This document shows positions 10,657-18,564 of a DNA stretch of 64,000 nucleotides, piece after piece. Made by a program: the position numbers and the translations under genes. Under the pieces are notes generated by a model that had not been told where the DNA came from, did no database searches, and saw nothing but the letters and a program-made list of their open reading frames with translations. Origin of the DNA: Candidatus Latescibacterota bacterium (GTDB lineage Bacteria > Latescibacterota > UBA2968); the NCBI GenBank assembly GCA_965204745.1, contig OZ242010.1:2912001-2976000 (forward strand), given 5' to 3'. How positions within the stretch are numbered: position 1 is the stretch's first letter; each line of letters starts with the position of its first letter.

Positions 10657-10740
10657 AAAAAAAAGAAACCGGCGTTGGGATGCAAACAACCGGCAAAAAA
10701 TATTTCGGCGAGGGAAGCGATCCCCCGCCGAAAACAAAGC

Positions 10741-10929
10741 TTACTTGTAGGACTGCGCGATGTTCCGGCCCGTGCTGATTTCGCCGTTGTCAATCCGCAA
10801 ATTATATCCGCAACTGGGGCTGTTGCACACCCACGCCTTGTAATGGATAGGCGCCCCATCGCGTCCATAATCTGACAGCGGCAGCAAAATACCCTCGTCG
10901 CACTTCAAACACTGTGGAAATTGCTCCAT
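10741..10929 (-). CDS. Small zinc-ribbon-like hypothetical protein (62 aa)
   Basis: CLKC...WVCNSPSCGY; purine-rich RBS; co-oriented with tsaD. Confidence 0.7.
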   Translation of the reverse strand: MEQFPQCLKCDEGILLPLSDYGRDGAPIHYKAWVCNSPSCGYNLRIDNGEISTGRNIAQSYK

Positions 10930-11135
10930 AAAATCCCCCTCTCTATCGATTCGCTCTGCCAGCGTCGGTTGCGAGATAATGTAACAAACTTATGCCCAAA
11001 GTCAACTTGTTTGTCCCATTTTTTGTTTTTCAACCCGCGCTTGGACCATTGCATTTGACAACCGCATTTTTATGGCCTATCTTAAAAACGCCATTCGCAC
11101 AGCGTTTTTTCACCCCAAGTTATGGAGGGACTCGT

Positions 11136-12860
11136 ATGTCCAAAGGCATTCGCAATTTCGTCATTTTTGTCGTCGCCATGGCCGTCTCGTGGATCGTCGG
11201 CATGAGCGTGCCGCCTACGTGGAAAGTGGAACAGATCACATTGGATGTTCACACAGACGCCGCCGGCAACTTGTATTACACTTACAAGGAAAAGCCCGCG
11301 TACTTCGACGCGGTTCCCCTTGCAGACGCCCAACTCCGTCCGGACAGAATCGACGGATCGAGCGAGACCCCGCCCATCAAAGAAGAATTTGTCTGGGAGA
11401 TGCGCGATGGAGAGACCATGTATTACCAGTTCAGCGCCAAGCACCACTGGGGCTATTGGTCCTTGTTGCCGGCCGCGGTGGCCGTGATCTTGTGCTGGCT
11501 GACGCGAGAGCCGGTCACGGCCCTGTTGGGTGGCATTGTGGCGGGCGCGCTCATTTTGACGCGATACGACTTCACGGGCGAGGTCTTGATCCCGTCGTTG
11601 TCAACCACGAACGCGGCGAGCATCTTGGTGCTCTACTTGTGGCTCTTGGGCGGGTTGATGGGCATTTGGTCGCGCACGGGCGCGGCGCAAGCATTTGCCG
11701 AGTTTATGACCGTGCATTTTGTTCGCGGCCCCAAAAGCGCCAAGTTGGTCGCGTGGATGCTCGGCGTCATTTTCTTTCAGGGCGGCACGGTGAGCACGGT
11801 GTTGGTCGGCACGACGGTCAAACCCCTTGCAGACAAGGAGAACATCAGCCACGAGGAATTGGCCTATATCGTCGATTCCACGGCTTCGCCCATCGCGTCC
11901 CAACTCGCGTTCAATGCCTGGCCCGGCTATGTGCAGGCGTTTATCTTTGTGTCGGGCGTCAGTTTCTTGGCCACGGAAGCGGACCGGATGTTGTTCTTTT
12001 ACCAAAGCGTTCCGTTCTGTTTTTACGCCATCTTTGCGGTGCTGGGCACGTTTTTGCTCAGCGTTGAAAAACCCCTGTTTTTGGGCAAGCAACTCAAAGC
12101 CGCTGTCAAACGCTCGCGGGAAACCGGGCAACTCGACGCGGACGATGCCGAACCGTTGAGCGCGAAGGAATTGCAGGGCAGCAATGTGCCCGAGGGCTAC
12201 AAGCCGCATGTGCTCGAATTTTTCATCCCCTTGGGCGCGCTCATCGCCATTGCTATCGGAACTTTTCTTGCTTATGGATCGCCCAAAGTGCATTGGGCAT
12301 TTGGCATTGCGCTCCTGTTGGCCGTGGGCATGGCCCTCGCCAAGGGCATGGCCCTCAAAGACATCGTCACGGGTTTTCAAGATGGCCTCAAAGGCGTGGT
12401 GCTCGGCTCGGTGATTCTCTTGCTCGCCATCACTATCGGCGGCATCAGCAAGGAAACCGGCGGGGGCACGTTTTTGGTCGAGCAACTCGGCAGCAGCATT
12501 CCCTACTTCCTCCTCCCGGTCTTGCTCCAATTATTGACCATGACTATCGCCTTTTCCACGGGTACGAGTTGGGGTACGTACGCGGTGGCATTCCCCCTTG
12601 CCATGCCACTGGCTTGGGCCGTGGCCACGGCAAATGGCCTGTCGCATCCCGAACTGTTTATGACCCTGTGCTTTGCCACAGTCATCGACGGCAGCGTTTA
12701 CGGCGACCAGTGCTCGCCCATCTCGGATACGACAGTGCTCAGTTCCATGTGTACGGGTTGCGACCTGATGGACCACGTCAAAACGCAAATCCCGCAAGCC
12801 TCTATCGCCGCTGGCCTCGCAGCGATTTGCTGGACCGTCATCGCTGTCTTCACCGCGTAA
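11136..12860 (+). CDS. Na+/H+ antiporter NhaC family transporter
   Basis: Polytopic; [37 protein letters not shown]; GGAGG RBS before ATG 11136. Confidence 0.85.
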   Translation: MSKGIRNFVIFVVAMAVSWIVGMSVPPTWKVEQITLDVHTDAAGNLYYTYKEKPAYFDAVPLADAQLRPDRIDGSSETPPIKEEFVWEMRDGETMYYQFSAKHHWGYWSLLPAAVAVILCWLTREPVTALLGGIVAGALILTRYDFTGEVLIPSLSTTNAASILVLYLWLLGGLMGIWSRTGAAQAFAEFMTVHFVRGPKSAKLVAWMLGVIFFQGGTVSTVLVGTTVKPLADKENISHEELAYIVDSTASPIASQLAFNAWPGYVQAFIFVSGVSFLATEADRMLFFYQSVPFCFYAIFAVLGTFLLSVEKPLFLGKQLKAAVKRSRETGQLDADDAEPLSAKELQGSNVPEGYKPHVLEFFIPLGALIAIAIGTFLAYGSPKVHWAFGIALLLAVGMALAKGMALKDIVTGFQDGLKGVVLGSVILLLAITIGGISKETGGGTFLVEQLGSSIPYFLLPVLLQLLTMTIAFSTGTSWGTYAVAFPLAMPLAWAVATANGLSHPELFMTLCFATVIDGSVYGDQCSPISDTTVLSSMCTGCDLMDHVKTQIPQASIAAGLAAICWTVIAVFTA

Positions 12861-12919
12861 TTCGCTCCGTTTCGTTGTAGGCAACGCCTGTGCCTGTGAG
12901 GAATGAGGGAAAAACATCT

Positions 12920-12942
12920 CCCCTCCCCGTTTCGGGGAGGGG
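12920..12942. repeat. CCCCTCCCCG-TTT-CGGGGAGGGG palindrome (REP-like or terminator)
   Basis: Perfect inverted repeat after nhaC; related C/G-rich palindromes at 4577-4599 and 23446-23484. Confidence 0.6.
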
Positions 12943-12950
12943 TCACATTT

Positions 12951-13195
12951 GACCGCTCAAGCAGAACGGCTTGGCATAATCAGCAATCAGCAAAAGGCGC
13001 GAGCCGCGAGATGGGATTTTAGCCACGAGCGGGGTACAACTGGCGACAGCCAGTTCAAAGCACAAAAGACACAAAAAGGGAGCCGTGTGTAGGGGCGATG
13101 CCCCGTGCTCGCCCTAAGATACAAGATGTAAGACGCAAAAACATAGGGGCGTGGCCCAACCGCATCTCGCTTCTGCCCAACTACATTTTGCGATT
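12951..13195 (+). repeat. Left copy of ~130-bp direct repeat, interrupted by a 115-bp composite REP insert
   Basis: 12951-13013 plus 13129-13195 align with 14270-14401. Confidence 0.9.
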
Positions 13196-13245
13196 AGGGA
13201 TACATTATCAATCGCTTAACCCCTTAACCCACGGGAGCAGAACTT

Positions 13246-13560
13246 ATGACTCAACAAACGATTGATCCCGTACAAGAATTTGCCCGCCAAATCCAGCAGG
13301 CAGAAGATGATCCCGATGTGCCCAAAATTTATTTCAATGGGTTTTTGAGTGCCATGGGCGCAGGTGATGTTGCGGTTACGCTAAAACGCGGCGAAACGCC
13401 CGTTGCCGTGCTCAACATGTCGTACACGGTCGCCAAAACACTCGCTGAAAAACTGCGAGAATTGATCGGCAATTTGGAGACGATCACAGACCACAACGTC
13501 ATGACCACAGATGAAACAACTGCCAAAATGGATCGATACAATGCCGACCACAACCCATAA
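13246..13560 (+). CDS. Hypothetical protein, DUF3467-like
   Basis: GGGAG RBS; IYFNGF..DVAVTL..VAVLNMSYTVAKTLAEKL..LE resembles the DUF3467 pattern (from memory). Confidence 0.6.
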   Translation: MTQQTIDPVQEFARQIQQAEDDPDVPKIYFNGFLSAMGAGDVAVTLKRGETPVAVLNMSYTVAKTLAEKLRELIGNLETITDHNVMTTDETTAKMDRYNADHNP

Positions 13561-14131
13561 ATCTGCACGCGATAAAATTTTGGATTTCCGCCACTATTCC
13601 AAAGGCTGGGATTACGGAGAAGGAAAACCTTTCTCGCCGGAAACCATTCGCCGCGCACTTTTGATAAATCGCATGATCATTGCCAAATGCACGCCGGAAA
13701 CCGATGCGTTTCCTGGCCCTGATGGCGACATTATGGTTACGGCCTATTGCGATCCGTGGTATTGGGAATTTCTCATCGACGCCTCCGGGATGGTTCTGTA
13801 TATCGCGGAAAAGGATGATGTTGTCACAGATGAACGCGAGGGCCTTTCCCATGATGAGGCTTTGCATCTCGCCAGGAGGTTGACCAAACAGACATGGAAG
13901 TTCTACGCATCCTCAACGCCCTTAGATACGACCGCAGAAAACAGCGATTCAACAGCTTGGCCTTCAAGCCCTTTGGAAAACCGCCCGGAATCTCGGTCAT
14001 TGACACTGCCTGCATTCAAGACATGGGCAATACACCATGTTCACACATACGACAGTACTATGATCGAATTGCCGGTGCCCCTCCTATCTTTTGGAAATTC
14101 CACACCGATCTATTGCCAGACCAGTGCGTAA
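13541..14131 (+). CDS. Hypothetical protein with GWD motif (putative antitoxin) and S/T/P-rich C-terminal tail
   Basis: Overlaps upstream stop by 20 nt; KGWDYGEGKPFSPETIRRA..FPGPDGDI..WEF. Confidence 0.6.
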   Translation: MPTTTHKSARDKILDFRHYSKGWDYGEGKPFSPETIRRALLINRMIIAKCTPETDAFPGPDGDIMVTAYCDPWYWEFLIDASGMVLYIAEKDDVVTDEREGLSHDEALHLARRLTKQTWKFYASSTPLDTTAENSDSTAWPSSPLENRPESRSLTLPAFKTWAIHHVHTYDSTMIELPVPLLSFGNSTPIYCQTSA

Positions 14132-14298
14132 TCGAACAAGAAGACAGTCTCACCGGCGACGTATGTCACTACAATATTCACGGCCTTAGCGAGAAACAGG
14201 CACGGGAATTTGTTTTGCAATACGCAGGCCAACTCCATCACTTCCAGATTTGCGACCCTACAGGACAAAGACCGCTCGAGCAGAACGACTTGGCATAA
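13894..14298 (+). CDS. Hypothetical protein, putative ADP-ribosyltransferase-like toxin
   Basis: AGGAGG 14 nt upstream; VLRIL, NSLAF, GISV, CHYNI (R-S-H spacing reminiscent of ART-fold toxins; inference). Confidence 0.55.
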   Translation: MEVLRILNALRYDRRKQRFNSLAFKPFGKPPGISVIDTACIQDMGNTPCSHIRQYYDRIAGAPPIFWKFHTDLLPDQCVIEQEDSLTGDVCHYNIHGLSEKQAREFVLQYAGQLHHFQICDPTGQRPLEQNDLA

Positions 14299-14401
14299 AT
14301 CAGCGGTCAGCAAAAGGCGCGAGACGCGAGATGTGAGACGCAAGAACATAGGGGCGTGGCCCAACCGCATCTCGCTTCTGCCCCACCTACATTTTGCGAT
14401 T
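14270..14401 (+). repeat. Right copy of ~130-bp direct repeat, including the last codons of the 13894-14298 gene
   Basis: Direct alignment with 12951-13013 and 13129-13195. Confidence 0.9.
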
Positions 14402-14476
14402 GACTAAATGAACGGGATATATTATCTTGTCTGTCAATCGCTTACCTCATTCACCATCCGAAAGGAGATATTATTT

Positions 14477-15433
14477 ATGATACTGGAAAGCCTGCTGACG
14501 TTGGTGGAGACTCTCCGAAAGCATGTTGACGATCATGGCGACGCAATCAGACAAAGTGAAGCATTGACCCGCTATGTGCTGATAGATCCCCTCCTACGAG
14601 AACTGGGTTGGAACACCGCAGATCCAGATACGGTGAGACCCGAATTTAGTGTAAGTGGTGGTTGGGCGGATTATGCCCTTCTCAATAATGGCAAACCCGT
14701 AATGATGCTGGAAGCCAAAAAACTGGATACGGACCTGCAAGAAGCAGTCGACCAAGGCATTCAATACTGCCTTAAGGAAGGAACCAAATACTTCTCTGTG
14801 ACAGATGGCATACGATGGGAAATCTACGAAACTCACAAACCTGTTCCCATAGACGATAAGAGGATAATCTCATTCGACTTGAAAGGTACATCGGTTGCTG
14901 AAGCCTGCTTGAAAGCCCTGGCCCTGTGGAGGCCCGGCGTAATCTCAGGTCATGTTCAGGTGGGACAAACGCCTATCGTCGGGTTGCCTGATGAGCAGAC
15001 AAGCACAACCAAATTTCAGCCTACCCAAGAAACGCCTGTTCAACCACCATCGCCTGATACAGATGACAAGGGATGGCAACCGCTATCAGAGTTGAATCCC
15101 CAAGAAGATTCAAAGCCAACTGAAATTTTGTTCCCCGACGGTACAAGTGTTTCCATAAACACATGGAAAGCAATACTGGTTGAGATTGTACGTTGGCTCA
15201 TAGACAACAACAAATTGAATGAAAGTCATTGCGCTCCTGGAATAGGCCGCACCAAGAAGAGTTACTTGGTAGCTACCTCTCCCAAACACCCAACTGGCAA
15301 CAATTTTGGTAATTCTGAAAAAATAGGATCCTTCTACATCGAGACACATGGCAGTGGCAAAGTTATCGTTCAGAACGTTAAGCACATCATCGAATACGTA
15401 GGTCAAGACCCCGCCCGATTCAAAGTTCGCTGA
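14477..15433 (+). CDS. Solo restriction-endonuclease-like protein with HsdR N-terminal (PD-(D/E)xK) domain
   Basis: EALTRYVLIDPLLRELGW, ADYAL, LEAKK, TDGIRWEIY; Pro-rich linker then second domain; AAAGGAG RBS; lower GC. Confidence 0.75.
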   Translation: MILESLLTLVETLRKHVDDHGDAIRQSEALTRYVLIDPLLRELGWNTADPDTVRPEFSVSGGWADYALLNNGKPVMMLEAKKLDTDLQEAVDQGIQYCLKEGTKYFSVTDGIRWEIYETHKPVPIDDKRIISFDLKGTSVAEACLKALALWRPGVISGHVQVGQTPIVGLPDEQTSTTKFQPTQETPVQPPSPDTDDKGWQPLSELNPQEDSKPTEILFPDGTSVSINTWKAILVEIVRWLIDNNKLNESHCAPGIGRTKKSYLVATSPKHPTGNNFGNSEKIGSFYIETHGSGKVIVQNVKHIIEYVGQDPARFKVR

Positions 15434-15572
15434 TGGGCAACCGCACATGAAAAAGCGAAGCTGTACAAAGTTGATTCATGAAGGGCAAGCAATAGCGATG
15501 CACATTGCCCCGTTCCCAATGTCCACTTGACCCACGCAATAACCCATTCACAACCCGAAAGGAGGCAATCAA

Positions 15573-15680
15573 ATGTCGATTGAAATGATCCCGATTGGAA
15601 TGATCCTGTTTATGACGTTTCTGGTGATCCTGTTCGTCATTGGGTTCATCGTCATCTCTTCGGAGCACAAATCGGACTGA
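15573..15680 (+). CDS. Small single-TM protein, 35 aa (MSIEMIPIGMILFMTFLVILFVIGFIVISSEHKSD)
   Basis: Strong AAAGGAGG RBS; hydrophobic helix; below ORF-track cutoff. Confidence 0.6.
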   Translation: MSIEMIPIGMILFMTFLVILFVIGFIVISSEHKSD

Positions 15681-15767
15681 ACCGCCAGCGATGAATCGCC
15701 TTTTCCGTACGGAACTCGGATTGCCCATTCGCGGCATCGGTCTATCGCAACATCGCCATTCCGCGCA

Positions 15768-15816
15768 ACAAAAAACCGCAGGACATATTCACGTCCTGCG
15801 GTTCGCGTTTTTTTGT
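15768..15816. terminator. Bidirectional intrinsic terminator
   Basis: AACCGCAGGAC/GTCCTGCGGTT stem flanked by A- and T-tracts, between convergent genes. Confidence 0.7.
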
Positions 15817-15873
15817 CCTTTTCAATTATCCCATCGCCACAGCGGCAATCCCGTTCATACACCGAGTTTGGGG

Positions 15874-16347
15874 CTATTGACGACCACTCTTGCATAAATT
15901 TCTGTTGCCAAGCAGTCGTCTGTGGCTGTTTTCAAAGTGCTCTTTGAGAAGCGTGGAATAGACCTTTCCTCGGGGGTTGTCAATCAACTTTTTGTCCTTG
16001 AAATCCTGTTGCAAATCCTTATCGTTTGAATACAACAAACGCGCACCGCTGACTTGGGCCAACGCCACAATATGTGGATCATCGGAACGGCACGAGTTCT
16101 CGCTTTTGAGTTGTTGTGTCTTGTCGTTCACAGTAGCGGTATTGCAGAGCCTGACTCGTCCAGAGAGAACCGCCTGTTTCCACCATGTTCTGAACTTGCG
16201 ATTTCCGTCGAGTTCTCGCAGCAACTTGCCGCCTGCAACGAGTTGTCCCTTTCCCGAATTGAGCCATTGGAAGAACTCCTCGCCAGCCGGTGGACGGTCA
16301 GGGCCGAACACTTGATGTACAATATTGATGTCGAGAATGGCACACAT
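15874..16347 (-). CDS. PIN-domain protein (putative RNase toxin)
   Basis: ILDIN, LLRELD, SDDPHIVALA, LYSNDKDL acidic motifs; start abuts ATPase stop. Confidence 0.75.
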   Translation of the reverse strand: MCAILDINIVHQVFGPDRPPAGEEFFQWLNSGKGQLVAGGKLLRELDGNRKFRTWWKQAVLSGRVRLCNTATVNDKTQQLKSENSCRSDDPHIVALAQVSGARLLYSNDKDLQQDFKDKKLIDNPRGKVYSTLLKEHFENSHRRLLGNRNLCKSGRQ

Positions 16348-17712
16348 CTAAAGCCCTAGGGATCGCGTTGTTTCTTCCATGAAAAATTGGCGGTAACTCT
16401 GCGGCGCGTTCAAAACATTGCCCTCTCGATCCAATCGTAGCGAGTGAATGCGAACATCCAAGTCCCCGCGCTCAAAGAACAGAATGGAAACATCCTCCGG
16501 TCTCAAGTTTGTCGCGCCGTCGCGGACATCCATCCGCACGCGGTCAATCAGGTGGTCGCTGTGCGTTTCAATGATCAACTGGCGGTATTGCCCGGCGAGT
16601 TGACAAAACAAAGTTCCCAACGCCGCTTGGGCACTGGGATGGAGATGGACTTCTGGTTGTTGCAACAAAAACATGAGGCGAGATCGGTTCTCCACCTCGT
16701 CCCGCTGGGCATCTCGGCGCAACAACTCGGTTATGACGGGCAACACTTGGCTGACGCCATACCCGACGTCAATCAGGTTGCGCTGTGGCCCCTTGGCGCG
16801 TTTTCCGAATTTTCTGATCTGCACTTGAAAAGGGCCGGTGTCTTTCCTGCCCAGCGGCTCGACCGAGATTTCATCGAACAGACCGGACTGTTTTCCAAAC
16901 GCTTCAAGGGCGTTCTTAAGGGCGTTCCACTGTCTCTTGTTTTGAAAATACGCATCGGCGAAATACATCGGGATATAATCGCCTTCCGGGTCTCGCGTTG
17001 GACGCGCCGGGTCATAGGTGCGACGCGGCTTGGACCGAACAGGCGCGCTGGCATAGGGGCGCGTTTCAAATATGGATCTCATTTCAGAGATCATAACAAG
17101 TTTTTCTAACCGTTCCCAATCTTCTTCAGTGAGCGATTCGGTATCTTGCAATTCAGTTAATGATCTGTTGCTTTTAACATCATTTTGTAGCGTTAAAAAA
17201 AAAGAAAAAAAGTGAGGCAGTTTGTCCCTATCGGCATCCAACCGAGGACGGAGATAACCGGATGCCTGCCACTGCCATGTGCCCTTTGGTGTGCCAAATC
17301 TGAGTTGCCAAGTCCGATCCTGCCCGAGGCAGTCCTCAACCCAAACATCATCAAGGGCAATGCGTCTTTTCACTGGCACTGGCACAGTTCCACTTCGTGC
17401 GAAAGTCACGTCAAAGCGGTAAGCCTCCCCCTCCATAGATTGAAGCGTAAACCCGGCCTCAAAAGTATCTGCTCGTCCTGCCCTTCCCCCTCGGTAGTAG
17501 GCGATTTCGTCAAAACTGCCGAGGTCGTAGGGTTCTTCCTTGAAATCCGGAATGCTCGCTTGATAGGCGATATCCCACAGGGCGCGAATCAGGGCCATGA
17601 AAGAAGTCTTGCCCGTGCTGTTCTCGCCCACGAGCAGGGTCAGCGGTGCGAGGCGGGCAACTTGCTCTTCCCGGAAGCATCGGAAATTTTTCAGAGTGAT
17701 TTGGTCCATCAC
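16348..17712 (-). CDS. ABC-type (AAA_15/21-like) ATPase with DUF3696-like C-terminus
   Basis: LKNFRCF, Walker A GENSTGKT, VGYGVSQVLPV, LLQQPEVHLHPSAQ, IETHSDHLI. Confidence 0.85.
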   Translation of the reverse strand: MMDQITLKNFRCFREEQVARLAPLTLLVGENSTGKTSFMALIRALWDIAYQASIPDFKEEPYDLGSFDEIAYYRGGRAGRADTFEAGFTLQSMEGEAYRFDVTFARSGTVPVPVKRRIALDDVWVEDCLGQDRTWQLRFGTPKGTWQWQASGYLRPRLDADRDKLPHFFSFFLTLQNDVKSNRSLTELQDTESLTEEDWERLEKLVMISEMRSIFETRPYASAPVRSKPRRTYDPARPTRDPEGDYIPMYFADAYFQNKRQWNALKNALEAFGKQSGLFDEISVEPLGRKDTGPFQVQIRKFGKRAKGPQRNLIDVGYGVSQVLPVITELLRRDAQRDEVENRSRLMFLLQQPEVHLHPSAQAALGTLFCQLAGQYRQLIIETHSDHLIDRVRMDVRDGATNLRPEDVSILFFERGDLDVRIHSLRLDREGNVLNAPQSYRQFFMEETTRSLGL

Positions 17713-17720
17713 ATGGACTC

Positions 17721-18170
17721 CTACGCGCTCGGCGTGTCTGGGGCAGACGGGTCGCCTTCAATCCAGGCTTCGCCCCCATCGGTCCACACTTCTTTTTTCC
17801 AGATCGGCACGGTTTGTTTTAAGCGGTCAATCGCGTAGTGACACGCTTCCAATGACGCTTTGCGATGGGGGGAAGAAACCGCGATCAACACGCTGATCTC
17901 CCCAATTTCCAACCGCCCTATGCGGTGCAACATGCCCACGCGATCCACGTCCCACTTGTCTTTGATCTCATCCCCAATTTCGCGCATCTTTTTTTGGGCC
18001 ATCTCTTTGTACGCATCGTAAATGAGATAAGATGTTCCGCGCCCTTTTGTGTTGTCGCGCACCACGCCGGCAAACGTCGTCACGGCGCCGTCCGAATCCG
18101 CCAGCACCGCATTGTACAGCGCGTCCGGTTGTATCTCTGCGTTTTGGATTTTATACACGTCATCGGCCAT
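17721..18170 (-). CDS. moaE: Molybdopterin synthase catalytic subunit MoaE
   Basis: GAVTTFAGVVRD, HRIGRL, SSPHR, LKQTVPIWKKE. Confidence 0.95.
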   Translation of the reverse strand: MADDVYKIQNAEIQPDALYNAVLADSDGAVTTFAGVVRDNTKGRGTSYLIYDAYKEMAQKKMREIGDEIKDKWDVDRVGMLHRIGRLEIGEISVLIAVSSPHRKASLEACHYAIDRLKQTVPIWKKEVWTDGGEAWIEGDPSAPDTPSA

Positions 18171-18189
18171 ATCAAATTCCTTTTTTGTT

Positions 18190-18285
18190 CGCCCAACCCT
18201 TCAGCCGCCCCGTGTGCGTGACCCCCTTTGCATCCCATCTGCCCGTGCGATCCGCCCATCGTCCCAGCCGCCCCGTGTGCGGTTC
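18190..18285. repeat. GC-rich dispersed repeat (CCGCCC..GTGCGTG family), degenerate copy
   Basis: Shares motifs with 33205-33311 and 60270-60378. Confidence 0.45.
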
Positions 18286-18318
18286 TTGTCCATGCGTTTC
18301 ATCTGCGGCGATCAGGGG

Positions 18319-18564
18319 TTAGCCGCCGCTTACGGGAGGAATGAACGCGACCTCATCTCCTTCTCGAAGTTGCACGTCGCGATCTGCATACGCTTGATTG
18401 ACCGACACCATCAAACTCGGCGCGAGGTCTGCAAATCGCGCGCGTTCTGATGCGAGGGTGGCGATCAAGTCGGTCACAGTCGCGCCAGGGGCCAGGATCA
18501 TTTTTCGATCACTGACCCCCATCAAATCCCGACAAGACGCAAAAAAGAGCACGGTTATGGTCAC
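18319..18564 (-). CDS. moaD: Molybdopterin synthase sulfur carrier MoaD
   Basis: VLFFA, VSVNQAY, DEVAFIPPVSGG C-terminus. Confidence 0.93.
   Translation of the reverse strand: MTITVLFFASCRDLMGVSDRKMILAPGATVTDLIATLASERARFADLAPSLMVSVNQAYADRDVQLREGDEVAFIPPVSGG

Noticed and set aside
9604-10737. Long N-terminal extensions in the ORF track (tsaD; also nhaC, EamA, PQQ propeller, GT2, nuoB)
   Set aside because: Downstream starts fit the RBS position or family N-termini better; some extensions run through repeats.
13154-13200. GCCCAAC (RYYYAAC) as a possible integron attC site
   Set aside because: No matching GTTRRRY, no attC-like hairpin and no integrase.
17195-17211. Long A-tract inside the ATPase gene as a phase-variation site
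   Set aside because: The frame is intact (FFSFFL) and nothing indicates variation.
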